The notes: generated from the letters alone by a model not told the origin. A stretch of DNA of 54,338 nt from a virus (IMGVR_UViG_3300021062_000018:1-54338); one strand, 5' to 3'; numbered from the stretch's first letter, positions 36,682 through 46,576 are shown. Made by a program: numbers and translations.

Positions 36682-36912
36682 ATGACCCCCTTCGACATCC
36701 GCCAGGAGACCCGCCGCCGGCTGAACGGGACGATCGCGCTCCTCTGCCCGGCCAACGTAGAGGGCGAGCACGACGTCGAGTCGCTCCGCCGCGTTCGCGA
36801 CCGGCTGCGGGCGGAGGCGAACTGGCTGACCAGCGTGCTCCCCGTCCTCGAGCGGGCGGAGGCGCGGCGGGCCGGGCTCGAGACCGCGGCGGCGGGCTGC
36901 TCGTCGCGCTGA
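36682..36912 (+). CDS. Small hypothetical protein
   Basis: GGAG RBS and GC3 bias. Confidence 0.5.
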   Translation: MTPFDIRQETRRRLNGTIALLCPANVEGEHDVESLRRVRDRLRAEANWLTSVLPVLERAEARRAGLETAAAGCSSR

Positions 36913-36939
36913 AGTGAAGGCATCTACTACGCTTGCAAG

Positions 36940-37263
36940 ATGAGACGCGCACCCCAGACCCACCGAACGGTCCCTCCGGCCCCGACGAGCTGGGCGCCCG
37001 CCGCCCCGCCGCCGCCGGACCTCGAGGACCGGATCCGGACGCGGATCGCCGAGGCGGAGCGGCTCGGTCTGCGGGGCAGCGACGGGCGGGTCCGCAGGGT
37101 CACCGGCGGCCGGGCGTACCGGGTCGTCGAGAGCGACCAGGGCCCGCGGTGGGAAGGGCTGATGGCAACGGCCGAGGCGCTGGGCGTGACGACGCAGACG
37201 GTCTGGATGCGGCTGAAGGACGGGCAACCGGTGAAGGGCCACCGGCTGCGGTACGCGGACTGA
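36940..37263 (+). CDS. Small HTH protein (NUMOD1-like C-terminus)
   Basis: LMATAEALGVTTQTVWMRLKDGQPVKGHRLRY. Confidence 0.55.
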   Translation: MRRAPQTHRTVPPAPTSWAPAAPPPPDLEDRIRTRIAEAERLGLRGSDGRVRRVTGGRAYRVVESDQGPRWEGLMATAEALGVTTQTVWMRLKDGQPVKGHRLRYAD

Positions 37264-37313
37264 ACGGATCACAACCGGCCGCGGGCGCGGCCACAACCGA
37301 AGGCGAGGCGAAC

Positions 37314-39176
37314 ATGAGCAGCAACAGCGGGACGACCGAGGCGAAGGCGATCGGCCTGGGCGACGTGGTGTGGTTCCGGACCGGCGAGGACGGCCGGCCG
37401 GCCCGCGGCGAGGTCGTGAAGTTCCGGGCCGGCAAGCCGCGGGTGCGGCTGGCGGACGACACCGAGGAGACGGTCGACCCGTCGCGGATCGTCGAGCCGC
37501 CGGCGGCCCCCGGGGTCGGCGAGACCGTGTGGTACCGGACGGCGAACGGCGGGCCGGCGTCGGCGGTGATGGCCGGCGAGGACGAGAACGGGTGGTACCG
37601 GGTGACGACCGGGCACGGGCTGACGGTCCCGCTGAACCCGGGGCTGGTGATCGACCCGCCGGCGGACGCGGCGAAGGTGTCCGAGCCGGTGGCTGCGGCG
37701 GGCGAGGGGGTACAGCTCGCACCGCCGGAGCGGGACGCGCTGGTCATCAACGTCCCCGCCGGCGCGGTCGCGCACTTCTGGGAGGAGCCGCCGGCCGGGC
37801 ACGAGGAGTTCTGGGCGTTCGGCAAGCGGCCGGACGCCGAGCCCGGCCAGGGGATCGAGTTCCTGATCCGGGGCGAGCTGGTCGCCGAGGCGGTCGTCGG
37901 CCGGGTCGAGGAGCCCGGGCGGACGAAGTGCGAGGGGACCGGCAAGTTCGGCAACCAGTGGAAGGTGTTCTGGCCGCCGGAATCGTTCCGGGACCTGCGG
38001 CCCGTGCTGCAGTGGGAGGTCGAGGGCAAGGGCCCGGACGTGAAGGCGACCGGCCACGGCGGCGCGCAGTTCCGGATCGAGGACGGCGAGCCGACGGACG
38101 ACGAGGTCGAGGTCTGGCACGCCGGCATAGTGCCCGCCGGGCAGGACCTGGTGACGTTCGAGCCGGACCGGTTCCCCACCTTGGCGGCGGCGAAGGCGTG
38201 GTGCGAGGAGCGGAACCGGGAGCTGGCGGCTGCGGCGGCCCCCGTCCGCACGACCGAGACGCCGAAGGACGAGCGGCGGGCCGCGGCCGCCGCGGCGGAG
38301 GAGCCCAAGCCCGACCGCCTGCAGAAGCACCTGGCCGACATCGAGAAGGCCGAGCGGGAGGCCACGAACCTGCGGCTCGAATGGGAGGAGGCGAAGGACC
38401 ACGCGGCCGCACTCAAGAAGGATTACGAGCGGGCGTGCGAGGACCTGTGCCGGATCATCCGGGACTACAACGCCCCGGCCCCGCTGTTCGACCAGGTCGC
38501 CGGCGGCGTGCGGATGCCGACCGCCCAGGTTGTGACCGTCCCGCCCGCCACCGGTGAAGCCCCGGGGGAGAACGGGGAGGCGATTATTCCGCCGTCCGAC
38601 CCCGACGCCTGGCGGGCCGTCCCGATCGGCGAGGTGGTGACCGACGAGAAGCTCGCCGCGCTGCTGGCCGAGCACGGGATCACGACGTTCGGCGAGCTGG
38701 AGGACCACCGGGCCGCCCGCTGGGAGCCGAAGGTCGCCGGGCTGGGGGAGAAGAAGCGGCAGGCGGTCGAGGACTTCATCGTCGCGTACTGGATCGCCCA
38801 CCCGCGGGAGAAAGCGGCAGCGGGGAAGCCGGCGGGGCTGGCGTGGGAGCCGGAGGACGGCGGCAACACGTGGGCGGCCGACAACACGGCCGGGATCACG
38901 GAGGACGAGGGGGAGCCCTCCGCGTTCGTCATCGAGGACAAGGGCGAGGGCGCGGGGTCCGGCCGGTACGCGCTCGACATGTCCAGCGACTACCTGATGC
39001 CGTCGAAGTTCCCGAGCGGGTTCGAGCTCCTCGACGACGCCAAGGCCTGGTGCCAGCGCCGCAACGACGAGCTGGCGGCGGACCCGGACCGCGGCCAACC
39101 CCTCTCCCCTGCACCCGAGGGAGAGGGCGAGGGTGAGGCCGAGCCGGCCGAGGAGCCGGAGGCGGCGGCGGTCTGA
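37314..39176 (+). CDS. Large acidic modular protein (tandem SH3/Tudor-like domains, duplicated module)
   Basis: Repeats GDVVWFRT and GETVWYRT; duplicated F..L..AKAWC..RN.ELAA; HhH-like GLGEKK. Confidence 0.7.
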   Translation: MSSNSGTTEAKAIGLGDVVWFRTGEDGRPARGEVVKFRAGKPRVRLADDTEETVDPSRIVEPPAAPGVGETVWYRTANGGPASAVMAGEDENGWYRVTTGHGLTVPLNPGLVIDPPADAAKVSEPVAAAGEGVQLAPPERDALVINVPAGAVAHFWEEPPAGHEEFWAFGKRPDAEPGQGIEFLIRGELVAEAVVGRVEEPGRTKCEGTGKFGNQWKVFWPPESFRDLRPVLQWEVEGKGPDVKATGHGGAQFRIEDGEPTDDEVEVWHAGIVPAGQDLVTFEPDRFPTLAAAKAWCEERNRELAAAAAPVRTTETPKDERRAAAAAAEEPKPDRLQKHLADIEKAEREATNLRLEWEEAKDHAAALKKDYERACEDLCRIIRDYNAPAPLFDQVAGGVRMPTAQVVTVPPATGEAPGENGEAIIPPSDPDAWRAVPIGEVVTDEKLAALLAEHGITTFGELEDHRAARWEPKVAGLGEKKRQAVEDFIVAYWIAHPREKAAAGKPAGLAWEPEDGGNTWAADNTAGITEDEGEPSAFVIEDKGEGAGSGRYALDMSSDYLMPSKFPSGFELLDDAKAWCQRRNDELAADPDRGQPLSPAPEGEGEGEAEPAEEPEAAAV

Positions 39177-39247
39177 GCGGCGGGCGGACGAGGCCCCGCC
39201 GGCACCGGGCCGGCGGGTGAGGACACACCAGCGCGGGAGAGCAGCAC

Positions 39248-40720
39248 GTGAAGGACCTACACGGAACGGCATCGGGGCGGCGGGCGCGGGGACCGACGAT
39301 GCTCGACGCGCTGCTCGACCAGGTCGCGGCGTTGGCCGAGCAGTGCCGGCGGGCGACGTCGCCGACGCGGCCTGTCGTCGTCACTGTCACCGAGACACGC
39401 AGACCGGCACCGGCGAGGTCCCCGCGGCGGTTCTGGACGGACGCCGAGCTGGCAGTGGTCCGGGAGCGGTCGGCCGCCGGCGACTCGGCCGAGCGGATCC
39501 TCTCCCGCCTCCCCGGCCGCACGCTGTCGGGTGTGCACCAGGCCCGCAAGCGCCTGGGGATCTCGCGGCCGCTGAAGGAACAGCTGGCGGGGGTGAACGA
39601 CTACATCCGCGCCCGGCACGCCGAACAGTGGACGGACGGCGAGATTGCCCGGGGGTGGTCCGAGCTCCGCGGCGTCCCGCTGTCGCGCGAGAGCGTCAGC
39701 GAGCGGCGGCGGAACCTCGGGCTGCCGAACAACCGGCTGGCGGACCGCCAGCGGGTGAAGGTCGCGGCCAGGACGCGCGAGCAGCTCGCGGCGGCCGGGT
39801 TGAGCAGCCTGGCGGAGCTCCGGGTCAAGTCGTTCGCCGAACGGGCGGCGGCCGCCGGGTGGCCGGCCGACCTGCGGCCCCGCGCCGTGCAGATCCTCAA
39901 CGCGATCTGGGACCGCGGCCCCATGACGCGGCGCGAGATCGCCGACGCGATCGGCATGCCGTGGAAGGGGAGCCGGGCCAGCCTGACGAGCAACGACCCC
40001 GAAGGGTCGTACCTGGCCCACCTGATGAAGCGGGGGCTGGTCGTCTGCCTCGGCCGCCAGGTCCGGTCACCGGACTGCGGCAAAGGGAACCGCGCCGGCA
40101 GCGGCCGGAGCGTTTGCGTCTACTCACTGCCGTTCACGATCGAGCGGCGAAAGGTGGTCTCCGATGGGAACGACGAACGGGAACAACAACGGGGCGAACG
40201 GCCTGGCCAGGCTGGGCACGGACGCCGGGATCGAGACGGCGAAGCAGGTGATGCAGCTGCCGCCGTGGCTGCAGACGCTCCGGGACGCGATGGGCGGCGC
40301 GATCAAGGGCGAGGACCTGCAGGCGGTGATGGGGAAGCAGGTCGAGGCGGCGAAGGAGGGGGACATCAAGGCGGCCCGGTTCGTGTTCGACCAGGCCCAC
40401 AAGATGCTGCAGGCGAACACGCAGGCGCTGCCGCCGGTGACGATCGTCCAGAACAACTACTACGACACGCCGGCGGCCGAGCGGCCCGACGCGCCGGTGG
40501 TACCGGAGGACCCGAAGGAGGCGCGGATCCGGAAGCTGCGGAACCGCGTGCGGGCCGGCTCGCCGCTGTCGAAGGACGACGACCGGACCGTGCGGCCCGT
40601 CAGCGACGAGGAGGAGAAGGAACTGCGCAGGCGGGAGCAGGAGCGGGAAGACGACGAGGCGGGCGACCCGCTGAGGGACTGACCTGGCAACACCCCGCAC
40701 GAGAGGCGGTGCCGGCATGA
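39248..40720 (+). CDS. Multi-HTH DNA-binding protein; the last ~185 codons overlap the next gene in another frame
   Basis: Segments WTDAE, WTDGEIAR and GPMTRREIADAIG. Confidence 0.6.
   Translation: MKDLHGTASGRRARGPTMLDALLDQVAALAEQCRRATSPTRPVVVTVTETRRPAPARSPRRFWTDAELAVVRERSAAGDSAERILSRLPGRTLSGVHQARKRLGISRPLKEQLAGVNDYIRARHAEQWTDGEIARGWSELRGVPLSRESVSERRRNLGLPNNRLADRQRVKVAARTREQLAAAGLSSLAELRVKSFAERAAAAGWPADLRPRAVQILNAIWDRGPMTRREIADAIGMPWKGSRASLTSNDPEGSYLAHLMKRGLVVCLGRQVRSPDCGKGNRAGSGRSVCVYSLPFTIERRKVVSDGNDEREQQRGERPGQAGHGRRDRDGEAGDAAAAVAADAPGRDGRRDQGRGPAGGDGEAGRGGEGGGHQGGPVRVRPGPQDAAGEHAGAAAGDDRPEQLLRHAGGRAARRAGGTGGPEGGADPEAAEPRAGRLAAVEGRRPDRAARQRRGGEGTAQAGAGAGRRRGGRPAEGLTWQHPAREAVPA
40164..40682 (+). 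CDS. Hypothetical protein
   Basis: Strong GC3 bias; motif VEAAKEGDIKAARFVFD. Confidence 0.7.
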   Translation: MGTTNGNNNGANGLARLGTDAGIETAKQVMQLPPWLQTLRDAMGGAIKGEDLQAVMGKQVEAAKEGDIKAARFVFDQAHKMLQANTQALPPVTIVQNNYYDTPAAERPDAPVVPEDPKEARIRKLRNRVRAGSPLSKDDDRTVRPVSDEEEKELRRREQEREDDEAGDPLRD

Positions 40721-41613
40721 GCACGCAACCCGAGATGAAGATCAAAGCCCTCGCCCCCTGGTTCGGCGGGAAGCGGACGCTGGCCCCGACGATCGTCGAG
40801 GAGCTGGGCCCGCACCGGGCGTACTGGGAGCCGTTCTGCGGGTCGATGGCGGTGCTGCTGGCGAAGCCCCAGAGCCGGCAGGAGACCGTCGTGGATCTGC
40901 ACGGTGACCTGATCAACCTCGCCCGCGTCATCCAGTCGCGGGACACCAGCGCCGCCCTGTACCGGAAGCTCCGCAGCACGTGGATGCACGAGGACACGCT
41001 GCGCGAGGCCACCGCCCTTCTGGCCGAGCGGGCCGCCGACGCCGACGCCCGCGACGTCGGCCGCGCGTGGGCCTTCTTCGTCGCCTCGTGGTGCGGGCGG
41101 AACGGGTCTGTCGGGACCGAAGGGCACGCCCGGACCAACACGTTCTGCATCCGGTACACCGCCAACGGGGGCGACTCGGCCACCCGGTTCCGCGGGGCGG
41201 TCGAGTCGATCCCCCAGTGGCGCGAGCGGATGCGGAACGTCACGATCCTTAACCGCGATGCCTTCGAGGTGCTCGCCAAGATCGCCGACGAGGCGCAGTG
41301 TGTGATCTACGCCGACCCGCCGTACCTGGTGAAGGGGGCGAAGTACGTCCACGACTTCGGGGAGGGGTTCATGGGGCAAGACGATCACGCCCGGCTGGCC
41401 GACGCGCTCCGCCGGTTCAAGAAGACCCGCGTCGTCGTCAGCTACTACGCCCACCCCCGGCTGGCGGAGCTGTACCCGGGCTGGACGCAGCGCGCGGTGA
41501 CCATGGTCAAGAACATGGCCAGCGCCACGAGGCGGGAGGCCGGCGCGACCGCCGCCCCCGAGGTCCTGCTGATCAACGGCCCGTCGCTGGCCGCCGGACA
41601 GGAGGTCGCGTGA
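40717..41613 (+). CDS. DNA adenine methyltransferase (Dam/D12 class)
   Basis: Motifs PWFGGK, YWEPFCGS and YADPPY. Confidence 0.92.
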   Translation: MSTQPEMKIKALAPWFGGKRTLAPTIVEELGPHRAYWEPFCGSMAVLLAKPQSRQETVVDLHGDLINLARVIQSRDTSAALYRKLRSTWMHEDTLREATALLAERAADADARDVGRAWAFFVASWCGRNGSVGTEGHARTNTFCIRYTANGGDSATRFRGAVESIPQWRERMRNVTILNRDAFEVLAKIADEAQCVIYADPPYLVKGAKYVHDFGEGFMGQDDHARLADALRRFKKTRVVVSYYAHPRLAELYPGWTQRAVTMVKNMASATRREAGATAAPEVLLINGPSLAAGQEVA

Positions 41614-41662
41614 GGCCCCTCCTCATCGACGGCGACGGTACCGTCCGGCCGGCGTCGCCGAG

Positions 41663-42037
41663 TCACGGCTTCCCCGCGTGCTGGGACACGGCCGCGAGGA
41701 CCGAGTCCCACGAGGCCCGGCCCTTCACCAGGAACTCGTTCGCCCCGAGCCGCATCGCCTCCTCGCGACATTCCGGGGAGACGTCGGCCGTGTACATGAC
41801 GACCGAGACGGACTCCGTACGCGGGTCGCGCCGCACCGCCCGCAGGACGTCCAGCCCGCTCATGTCCGACATGGGGCAGTCGAGCACGACGGCAGCCGGC
41901 ACCCGAACCGTCAACAGGCGCAGCGCCTCCGGCCCGGTCGGGGCGGCGACGGCCTCGTACCCGGCGAACCGGAGCAGGCGCTCCAGGCACTGGGCGGTGT
42001 CCAGGTGTTCCTCGACGATCAGCACAAGTTTCGGCAC
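41663..42037 (-). CDS. Stand-alone response regulator receiver (CheY-like)
   Basis: LIVEE...VVLD..M..MSG...MYTA...GANEFLVKG; the Asp, Thr and Lys conserved in receiver domains are present. Confidence 0.85.
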   Translation of the reverse strand: MPKLVLIVEEHLDTAQCLERLLRFAGYEAVAAPTGPEALRLLTVRVPAAVVLDCPMSDMSGLDVLRAVRRDPRTESVSVVMYTADVSPECREEAMRLGANEFLVKGRASWDSVLAAVSQHAGKP

Positions 42038-42191
42038 GGGGGGGAGGTCCTTGCTCCGGCGGCCCGCGTGACGGGCTCGCCCGAAGTAAGGAGGGTCCGA
42101 GGGGTGGGGGTACCAGACGTACGCCCGGGCCGCATCGAGGATCAGAGCAAATCCACGGGGTCGGCCCTCGGGCCGGCCTGATCGGAGCACC

Positions 42192-42419
42192 ATGAACCCC
42201 ACCGACCCCACCCCACCCGTCGACCTGGCCGGCATCACCCATGCCCGGGAGCGCGACGACCGCGCCGCCAAGGGCCCCGGTGCCCTCGTGATCGAGGCCG
42301 TCCTGCTGGCCGACCCGGACACCCTGCCGCCGGCCGTGCGGCTCGCCCGCGACGCGCTCGTGCGGGCGGCGTGGGCGACGGCCGAGGCGGACGTGCGAAG
42401 GGAGGACGCCCGTGCTTAG
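42192..42419 (+). CDS. Small hypothetical protein
   Basis: GGAG RBS and GC3 bias. Confidence 0.5.
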   Translation: MNPTDPTPPVDLAGITHARERDDRAAKGPGALVIEAVLLADPDTLPPAVRLARDALVRAAWATAEADVRREDARA

Positions 42420-42909
42420 CGCCCTCCCGCCGATCGACCCCGCACCGTGCGAGTACTGCGCCGCCGTCCCCGGCTTCCCATGTGCACACCACCGAGAGGC
42501 TGACATGCCAGACCCCAGGCCGCCCGCCCCGATCTCCGACGTCGACCTGATGCTCGTCCGGGAGCTGGCCGCCCGCGGCGAGACTTTCTCGGGCGAGACG
42601 ATGCAGTCCGTGGTAGCCCGCCTCGACGCGGCCGAGACGGACGCCGCCTCCCTCCGCCCGGTCCTCGACGACGTCGCGATCGCCCTCAACGACTGGTACG
42701 CCGAGCGGGCCGCCGCCCACGCCAAGCGGGCGGCTGACTGGCGTGACTACCAGGCCCGTTCGTTTGGGCACGGCGGCGAGCCGTGGGTGTTCGCCGAGGA
42801 GACGATCCGCCGGGACGACGCCGCCACGCTCGAGCCGATCCGGGTGCTGATGCGGCGGGCTGACGCCGCGATCGACCGGAAGCCCGGGGCCGCATCCGGG
42901 GGCCGGTAG
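42412..42909 (+). CDS. Hypothetical protein (start uncertain)
   Basis: GGAGG RBS and GC3 bias. Confidence 0.5.
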   Translation: MLSALPPIDPAPCEYCAAVPGFPCAHHREADMPDPRPPAPISDVDLMLVRELAARGETFSGETMQSVVARLDAAETDAASLRPVLDDVAIALNDWYAERAAAHAKRAADWRDYQARSFGHGGEPWVFAEETIRRDDAATLEPIRVLMRRADAAIDRKPGAASGGR

Positions 42910-43081
42910 CTGCCGGTCGATCAGGCGGATCGATAGATGCGTGAGCACCGGGAACAGGGTGATGGAGCAGAAGAGGTAGAGGAACGCCGCGAGATTCTTG
43001 TTCTTCACACCCAAAGGGTCGTGGCCAGCGGCGGCGGAAATTGAGATTGCCGACCGAGGTCCAATAACCAAGGGATGAACC

Positions 43082-43762
43082 GTGATCCGCTTCGTACCGA
43101 TCGAGGCCTGGCCCGGCACGCACACGCCGACCCGACGCCGCTCGCCCTTCAGGGCCGGATACGCCTCCACCGTCCGGCACCTCGAGCGGGAGCTGGCCGC
43201 CGTGAAGGCCCGGAACGTCGTCGTTCAGCTCGCGCTGCGGGCGGACGAGATCAAGCGGGACGGCCTCCCGTACGCGAACGCCAAGCCGGCCCACCCGGGC
43301 GTGATCGTCTCGTTCGAGACGCCCCCGCTCGGCCGGGTGATCAACGGGAAGTGGACGGAGACGGTGCCGGCGGTGCCGCTGTCCTTCCCCTGCGACCGGT
43401 TCGCGACGTGGCAGGAGAACCTGCGGGCGATCGCGCTGGCGCTCGACGCGCTGCGGCGGGTCGACCGGTACGGCGTCACCCGGAACGCGGAGCAGTACCG
43501 CGGGTGGGCGAAGCTGCCGCCGCCGGGCGGGCTGGTGACGCCGGTCGCCATGAAGGTCGACGACGCGTCCGCGTTCCTGGCCCGGCACACGAACGAGCGG
43601 TGGAGCCACGTGGCGATCGAGGGGTCGGCCGACGCGTTCCGGTCCGCCTACCGGTTCGTCGCCCAGCTCATGCACCCGGACACGAACGGCGGGCGGACGC
43701 ACCCGGACTGGGGCACGCTGCAGCAGGCGAAGGCCGTTCTCGACAAGCACCACGGGCAGTGA
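43082..43762 (+). CDS. Phage protein with C-terminal J domain
   Basis: AFRSAYRFVAQLMHPDTNGG...LQQAKAVL; N-terminal NLRAIALALDALR. Confidence 0.82.
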   Translation: MIRFVPIEAWPGTHTPTRRRSPFRAGYASTVRHLERELAAVKARNVVVQLALRADEIKRDGLPYANAKPAHPGVIVSFETPPLGRVINGKWTETVPAVPLSFPCDRFATWQENLRAIALALDALRRVDRYGVTRNAEQYRGWAKLPPPGGLVTPVAMKVDDASAFLARHTNERWSHVAIEGSADAFRSAYRFVAQLMHPDTNGGRTHPDWGTLQQAKAVLDKHHGQ

Positions 43763-43855
43763 CCGGATCTGCCGAAAGGGGCGAGCCCCCGCGTGACGGC
43801 GGGCGGTGACGCCGCGGGGGACGCGGACTACTGACTATTGACGGAGGACGACCCG

Positions 43856-44059
43856 ATGTTCGACCGCGTCATGCTCCGCGTCGCCACCGCCGCCCTTTGG
43901 GCCGCCTACGCGGCTGTCGGGCTGCTCCTTGGAGCCCTCGCCGGCGAGGGCGTGTGCATCATCGCCCAAGGCCGCGCCGGGTTCGGCTTGTTGATTGTCG
44001 CCGGGGCGCTGCTGGCCCTCTATGCCATTCCGAGATGCGTCCGCCGGCCGAGGCGGTAA
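43856..44059 (+). CDS. Small two-helix membrane protein
   Basis: GGAGG RBS; two hydrophobic segments. Confidence 0.45.
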   Translation: MFDRVMLRVATAALWAAYAAVGLLLGALAGEGVCIIAQGRAGFGLLIVAGALLALYAIPRCVRRPRR

Positions 44060-44184
44060 CCGCCCCACCATCGCAGGCCGGCCCGCCGAGCCCGGTCGGG
44101 TCTGCTACGTTCGTGCTATTTGCTGGGACCGGATGACCCGCAGGTGTAGACTAGGCGTACTGATCTGCGGGACCTCACGACGGG

Positions 44185-44769
44185 GTGCGGATGACGGCGA
44201 CGGCAACCCCAACGAAGAAGCGGCGGCGGCGGGACACGCCCCTCGAGCGGACGCGCGCCCTCCCGCCGGCCGACCCGGCCGTCACCGGCGAGCCCGAGTT
44301 CGGGCCCGAACCGGTCCAGCCGAGCGCGGAGTGGGTGACCCGCCGGGAGATCCAGATCGCCCACTACGCCGCCCTCGGGTTCGAGGCCCGCGTGCTCCAC
44401 GCGCTGGCGGTGCTCGGCGTCGTCCCCCCGCCGGTCCAGTTCCCCCCGCTCCGGGTCCCGCCCCCGATCACCGTCGTCGACCTGCTCGTCGCGTACGTCG
44501 AGGCCCACCTCGTCGAGCGGGCGATGTTCCCGGGCGAGTTCGTCCGGGCCGACGTCGACGAGGCCGACCCGCCCGACGAGGACCTGATCGACGCCGACCG
44601 GCTGAGCATCGTCCCGCCGCCGCGGCACCGCCCGGCCCGCGACTGCATCCTGCCCGGGTGCCAGGGCCGCGCCGCCGACGGGTCCCGCTGCCTGCTGCTC
44701 CGGGCCAGGGGCGACCGGTACTGCCCCGGGTGCGAGCGGAAGGCGCGGCGGCAGATGAAGGCGCGTTAA
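44185..44769 (+). CDS. Hypothetical protein with C-terminal Cys motif
   Basis: C...GC...RC...YCPGC; GC3 bias. Confidence 0.6.
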   Translation: MRMTATATPTKKRRRRDTPLERTRALPPADPAVTGEPEFGPEPVQPSAEWVTRREIQIAHYAALGFEARVLHALAVLGVVPPPVQFPPLRVPPPITVVDLLVAYVEAHLVERAMFPGEFVRADVDEADPPDEDLIDADRLSIVPPPRHRPARDCILPGCQGRAADGSRCLLLRARGDRYCPGCERKARRQMKAR

Positions 44770-44794
44770 CGCGCGCGCACTGTCCTATAGAGGG

Positions 44795-45025
44795 ATGCCG
44801 TTTCCCGCGACCGACAACCCGCTCCTGGCCATGACGCCGCGCCAGCGGGAGGCCTGCGCTCACCGACTCCCAGACGCGGCCGGCTGTGTCGTGCCCCTGT
44901 CCCAGATCGGGGACCGGATGGGCGTGACCAAGGTCGCCGCGCAACGTCTGATCGACCGTGGCCTCCGCCAGCTGGCCGCCGCCGGGTACGACCCGGGGCC
45001 CCTCCGCCGACGCCTCGCCCTCTGA
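44795..45025 (+). CDS. Sigma70 region-4-like HTH protein (possible late regulator)
   Basis: MTPRQRE...LSQIGDRMGVTKVAAQRLIDRGLRQL. Confidence 0.65.
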   Translation: MPFPATDNPLLAMTPRQREACAHRLPDAAGCVVPLSQIGDRMGVTKVAAQRLIDRGLRQLAAAGYDPGPLRRRLAL

Positions 45026-45128
45026 CCGCCGTGCTCCCGCCCTCCGTCCAACCCTACGCCGTCGCCGCGCTCGCCCTCGCGTACTGCGCGGTGTTGGCGT
45101 GGGGGCTGATCGGCCGCCGAGGTCCCCG

Positions 45129-45599
45129 ATGAAGCTCCGCCGCCTGCCCGCCCTCGCCCTGGTCGCCCTGCTGCTGCTGACGGCCGGCGGGTGCAACCAG
45201 CTCAGCCCGGGGCAGCAGGCCGTCGCCGCCTCCGACACGCTCAAAGCGTCGGTCGCCGCCGTCCGTGCCGCGCACGCCGCCGGCTACCTCGACGACGAGA
45301 CGTTCGTCGCCACCGAGCCCGCCGTGAAGGCCGCCGCCGCCGCCGTCGCGACCATGTTCGAGGCCGCCGACGCCGGCAGCCCCGACCAGCCCGGCTCCGC
45401 GTTCTGGCGCGCCGCCCGCGCCGCCGACGCCGCGCTGGCCGAGCTGCTGAAGGTCCGCCAGGCGGCCGAGCGGGCGCGGCCCGTCGCGCCGGCGAGCGGG
45501 CCGGCGGCCGTCGCCCGGCCGTCCGCCCCGGTGCCCGCGGGGGCGCCGCCGTCCGCGCCCCCGCCGGTCGTGCCGCCGAACAGGGACCCCGTCGACTGA
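45129..45599 (+). CDS. Lipoprotein (lysis-associated?)
   Basis: Signal peptide with lipobox-like TAGG-C; Pro-rich tail. Confidence 0.7.
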   Translation: MKLRRLPALALVALLLLTAGGCNQLSPGQQAVAASDTLKASVAAVRAAHAAGYLDDETFVATEPAVKAAAAAVATMFEAADAGSPDQPGSAFWRAARAADAALAELLKVRQAAERARPVAPASGPAAVARPSAPVPAGAPPSAPPPVVPPNRDPVD

Positions 45600-45668
45600 C
45601 ATAGGGCTCGCGCCGCAGGCTTCGACCTTCGTCCTTCCGCCTTCGTCCTTCCGCCCCCGGAGCCGCCG

Positions 45669-45896
45669 ATGTCCACGCCCGCCAGCGAGACCGGGAAGCT
45701 GATCCTCGACGGGGTCACGATCGTCGGCCCGGCCGCGATCGCCGCGTTCAACGCGATCTTCCACCACCCCGACGCCACGCCCGAGGCGAGGGCCGCGGCC
45801 AAGGCCGGGCTCGACGCCGAGTTGGCCCGGTACGACGCGGACATCGCCGCGGCGAAGGACCGGATCGCGGCGCGAGGGGGAAGCCGCGGGCAGTGA
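45669..45896 (+). CDS. Small hypothetical protein
   Basis: GGAG RBS and GC3 bias. Confidence 0.55.
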   Translation: MSTPASETGKLILDGVTIVGPAAIAAFNAIFHHPDATPEARAAAKAGLDAELARYDADIAAAKDRIAARGGSRGQ

Positions 45897-45992
45897 CCGG
45901 ACGGGGCCGGCCCGACCGCCGGCCGACCCGGGCAGGGACCACGACACGACGGTTGGGCCGGCGGGCCGGCCGGGCGTCAACCCGCCGACGCC

Positions 45993-46328
45993 ATGCCGAC
46001 CCTCCTCGCCGACGCCGACGCGGTCACGCTCATCAAGGTCATCACCGAGGGCGGCCCCCTCGTGCTGCTCGGCGTCGGCGTCCTCGCCCTCGTCAAGGGC
46101 TGGGTGGTGACGAAGGGGCACCACACGGACGTGATCGCCGCCCGGGAGCGGGAACACGCGGCCGTGGTCGCCCAGTACGAGATCCGGATCAAGGACAAGG
46201 ACGCCGCGATCGACAACTGGCGCACCCTTTGCGACGCGCAGGCGACGAACGCACGCGCGGCGACGAAGCTGACGGAACATGTCGTGAGCAAGCAGCTCGC
46301 CGCCCCCAACCCCCAGGGGGACGCATGA
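45993..46328 (+). CDS. Membrane-anchored coiled-coil protein (holin/antiholin-like)
   Basis: One transmembrane segment (GGPLVLLGVGVLALVKGWVV) followed by a coiled coil. Confidence 0.55.
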   Translation: MPTLLADADAVTLIKVITEGGPLVLLGVGVLALVKGWVVTKGHHTDVIAAREREHAAVVAQYEIRIKDKDAAIDNWRTLCDAQATNARAATKLTEHVVSKQLAAPNPQGDA

Positions 46329-46576
46329 ACGCTGTGGCCACCCACTCCGCCCAGTTCGACCGGTACGACGACGCCGACGACGCCCGCCGGATGCGGCAGG
46401 ACCGGGACCGACGGGCGTCGGCCGAGGCCGAGATCCGCGCGACCCGCGAACGGCTCGACGGCCTCGCCCGGCTCGCCGGGCTCGACGACACGCTCGCCGT
46501 CCTCACCGCCGACGATGCCGATCCTGCACCTCATCTGCCTTGCGGTGGTCGCCGCCGGCCCGCTGGCGACGCTTAG
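46325..46576 (+). CDS. Small hypothetical protein
   Basis: ATGA coupling with the upstream gene. Confidence 0.45.
   Translation: MNAVATHSAQFDRYDDADDARRMRQDRDRRASAEAEIRATRERLDGLARLAGLDDTLAVLTADDADPAPHLPCGGRRRPAGDA

Noticed and set aside
40717-41613. Methylase as part of a restriction-modification system
   Set aside because: No adjacent endonuclease; orphan Dam-like methylases are common in phages.
45626-45653. CCTTCGT/CCTTCCG heptamer tandem repeat
   Set aside because: Short intergenic simple repeat with no supportable function.
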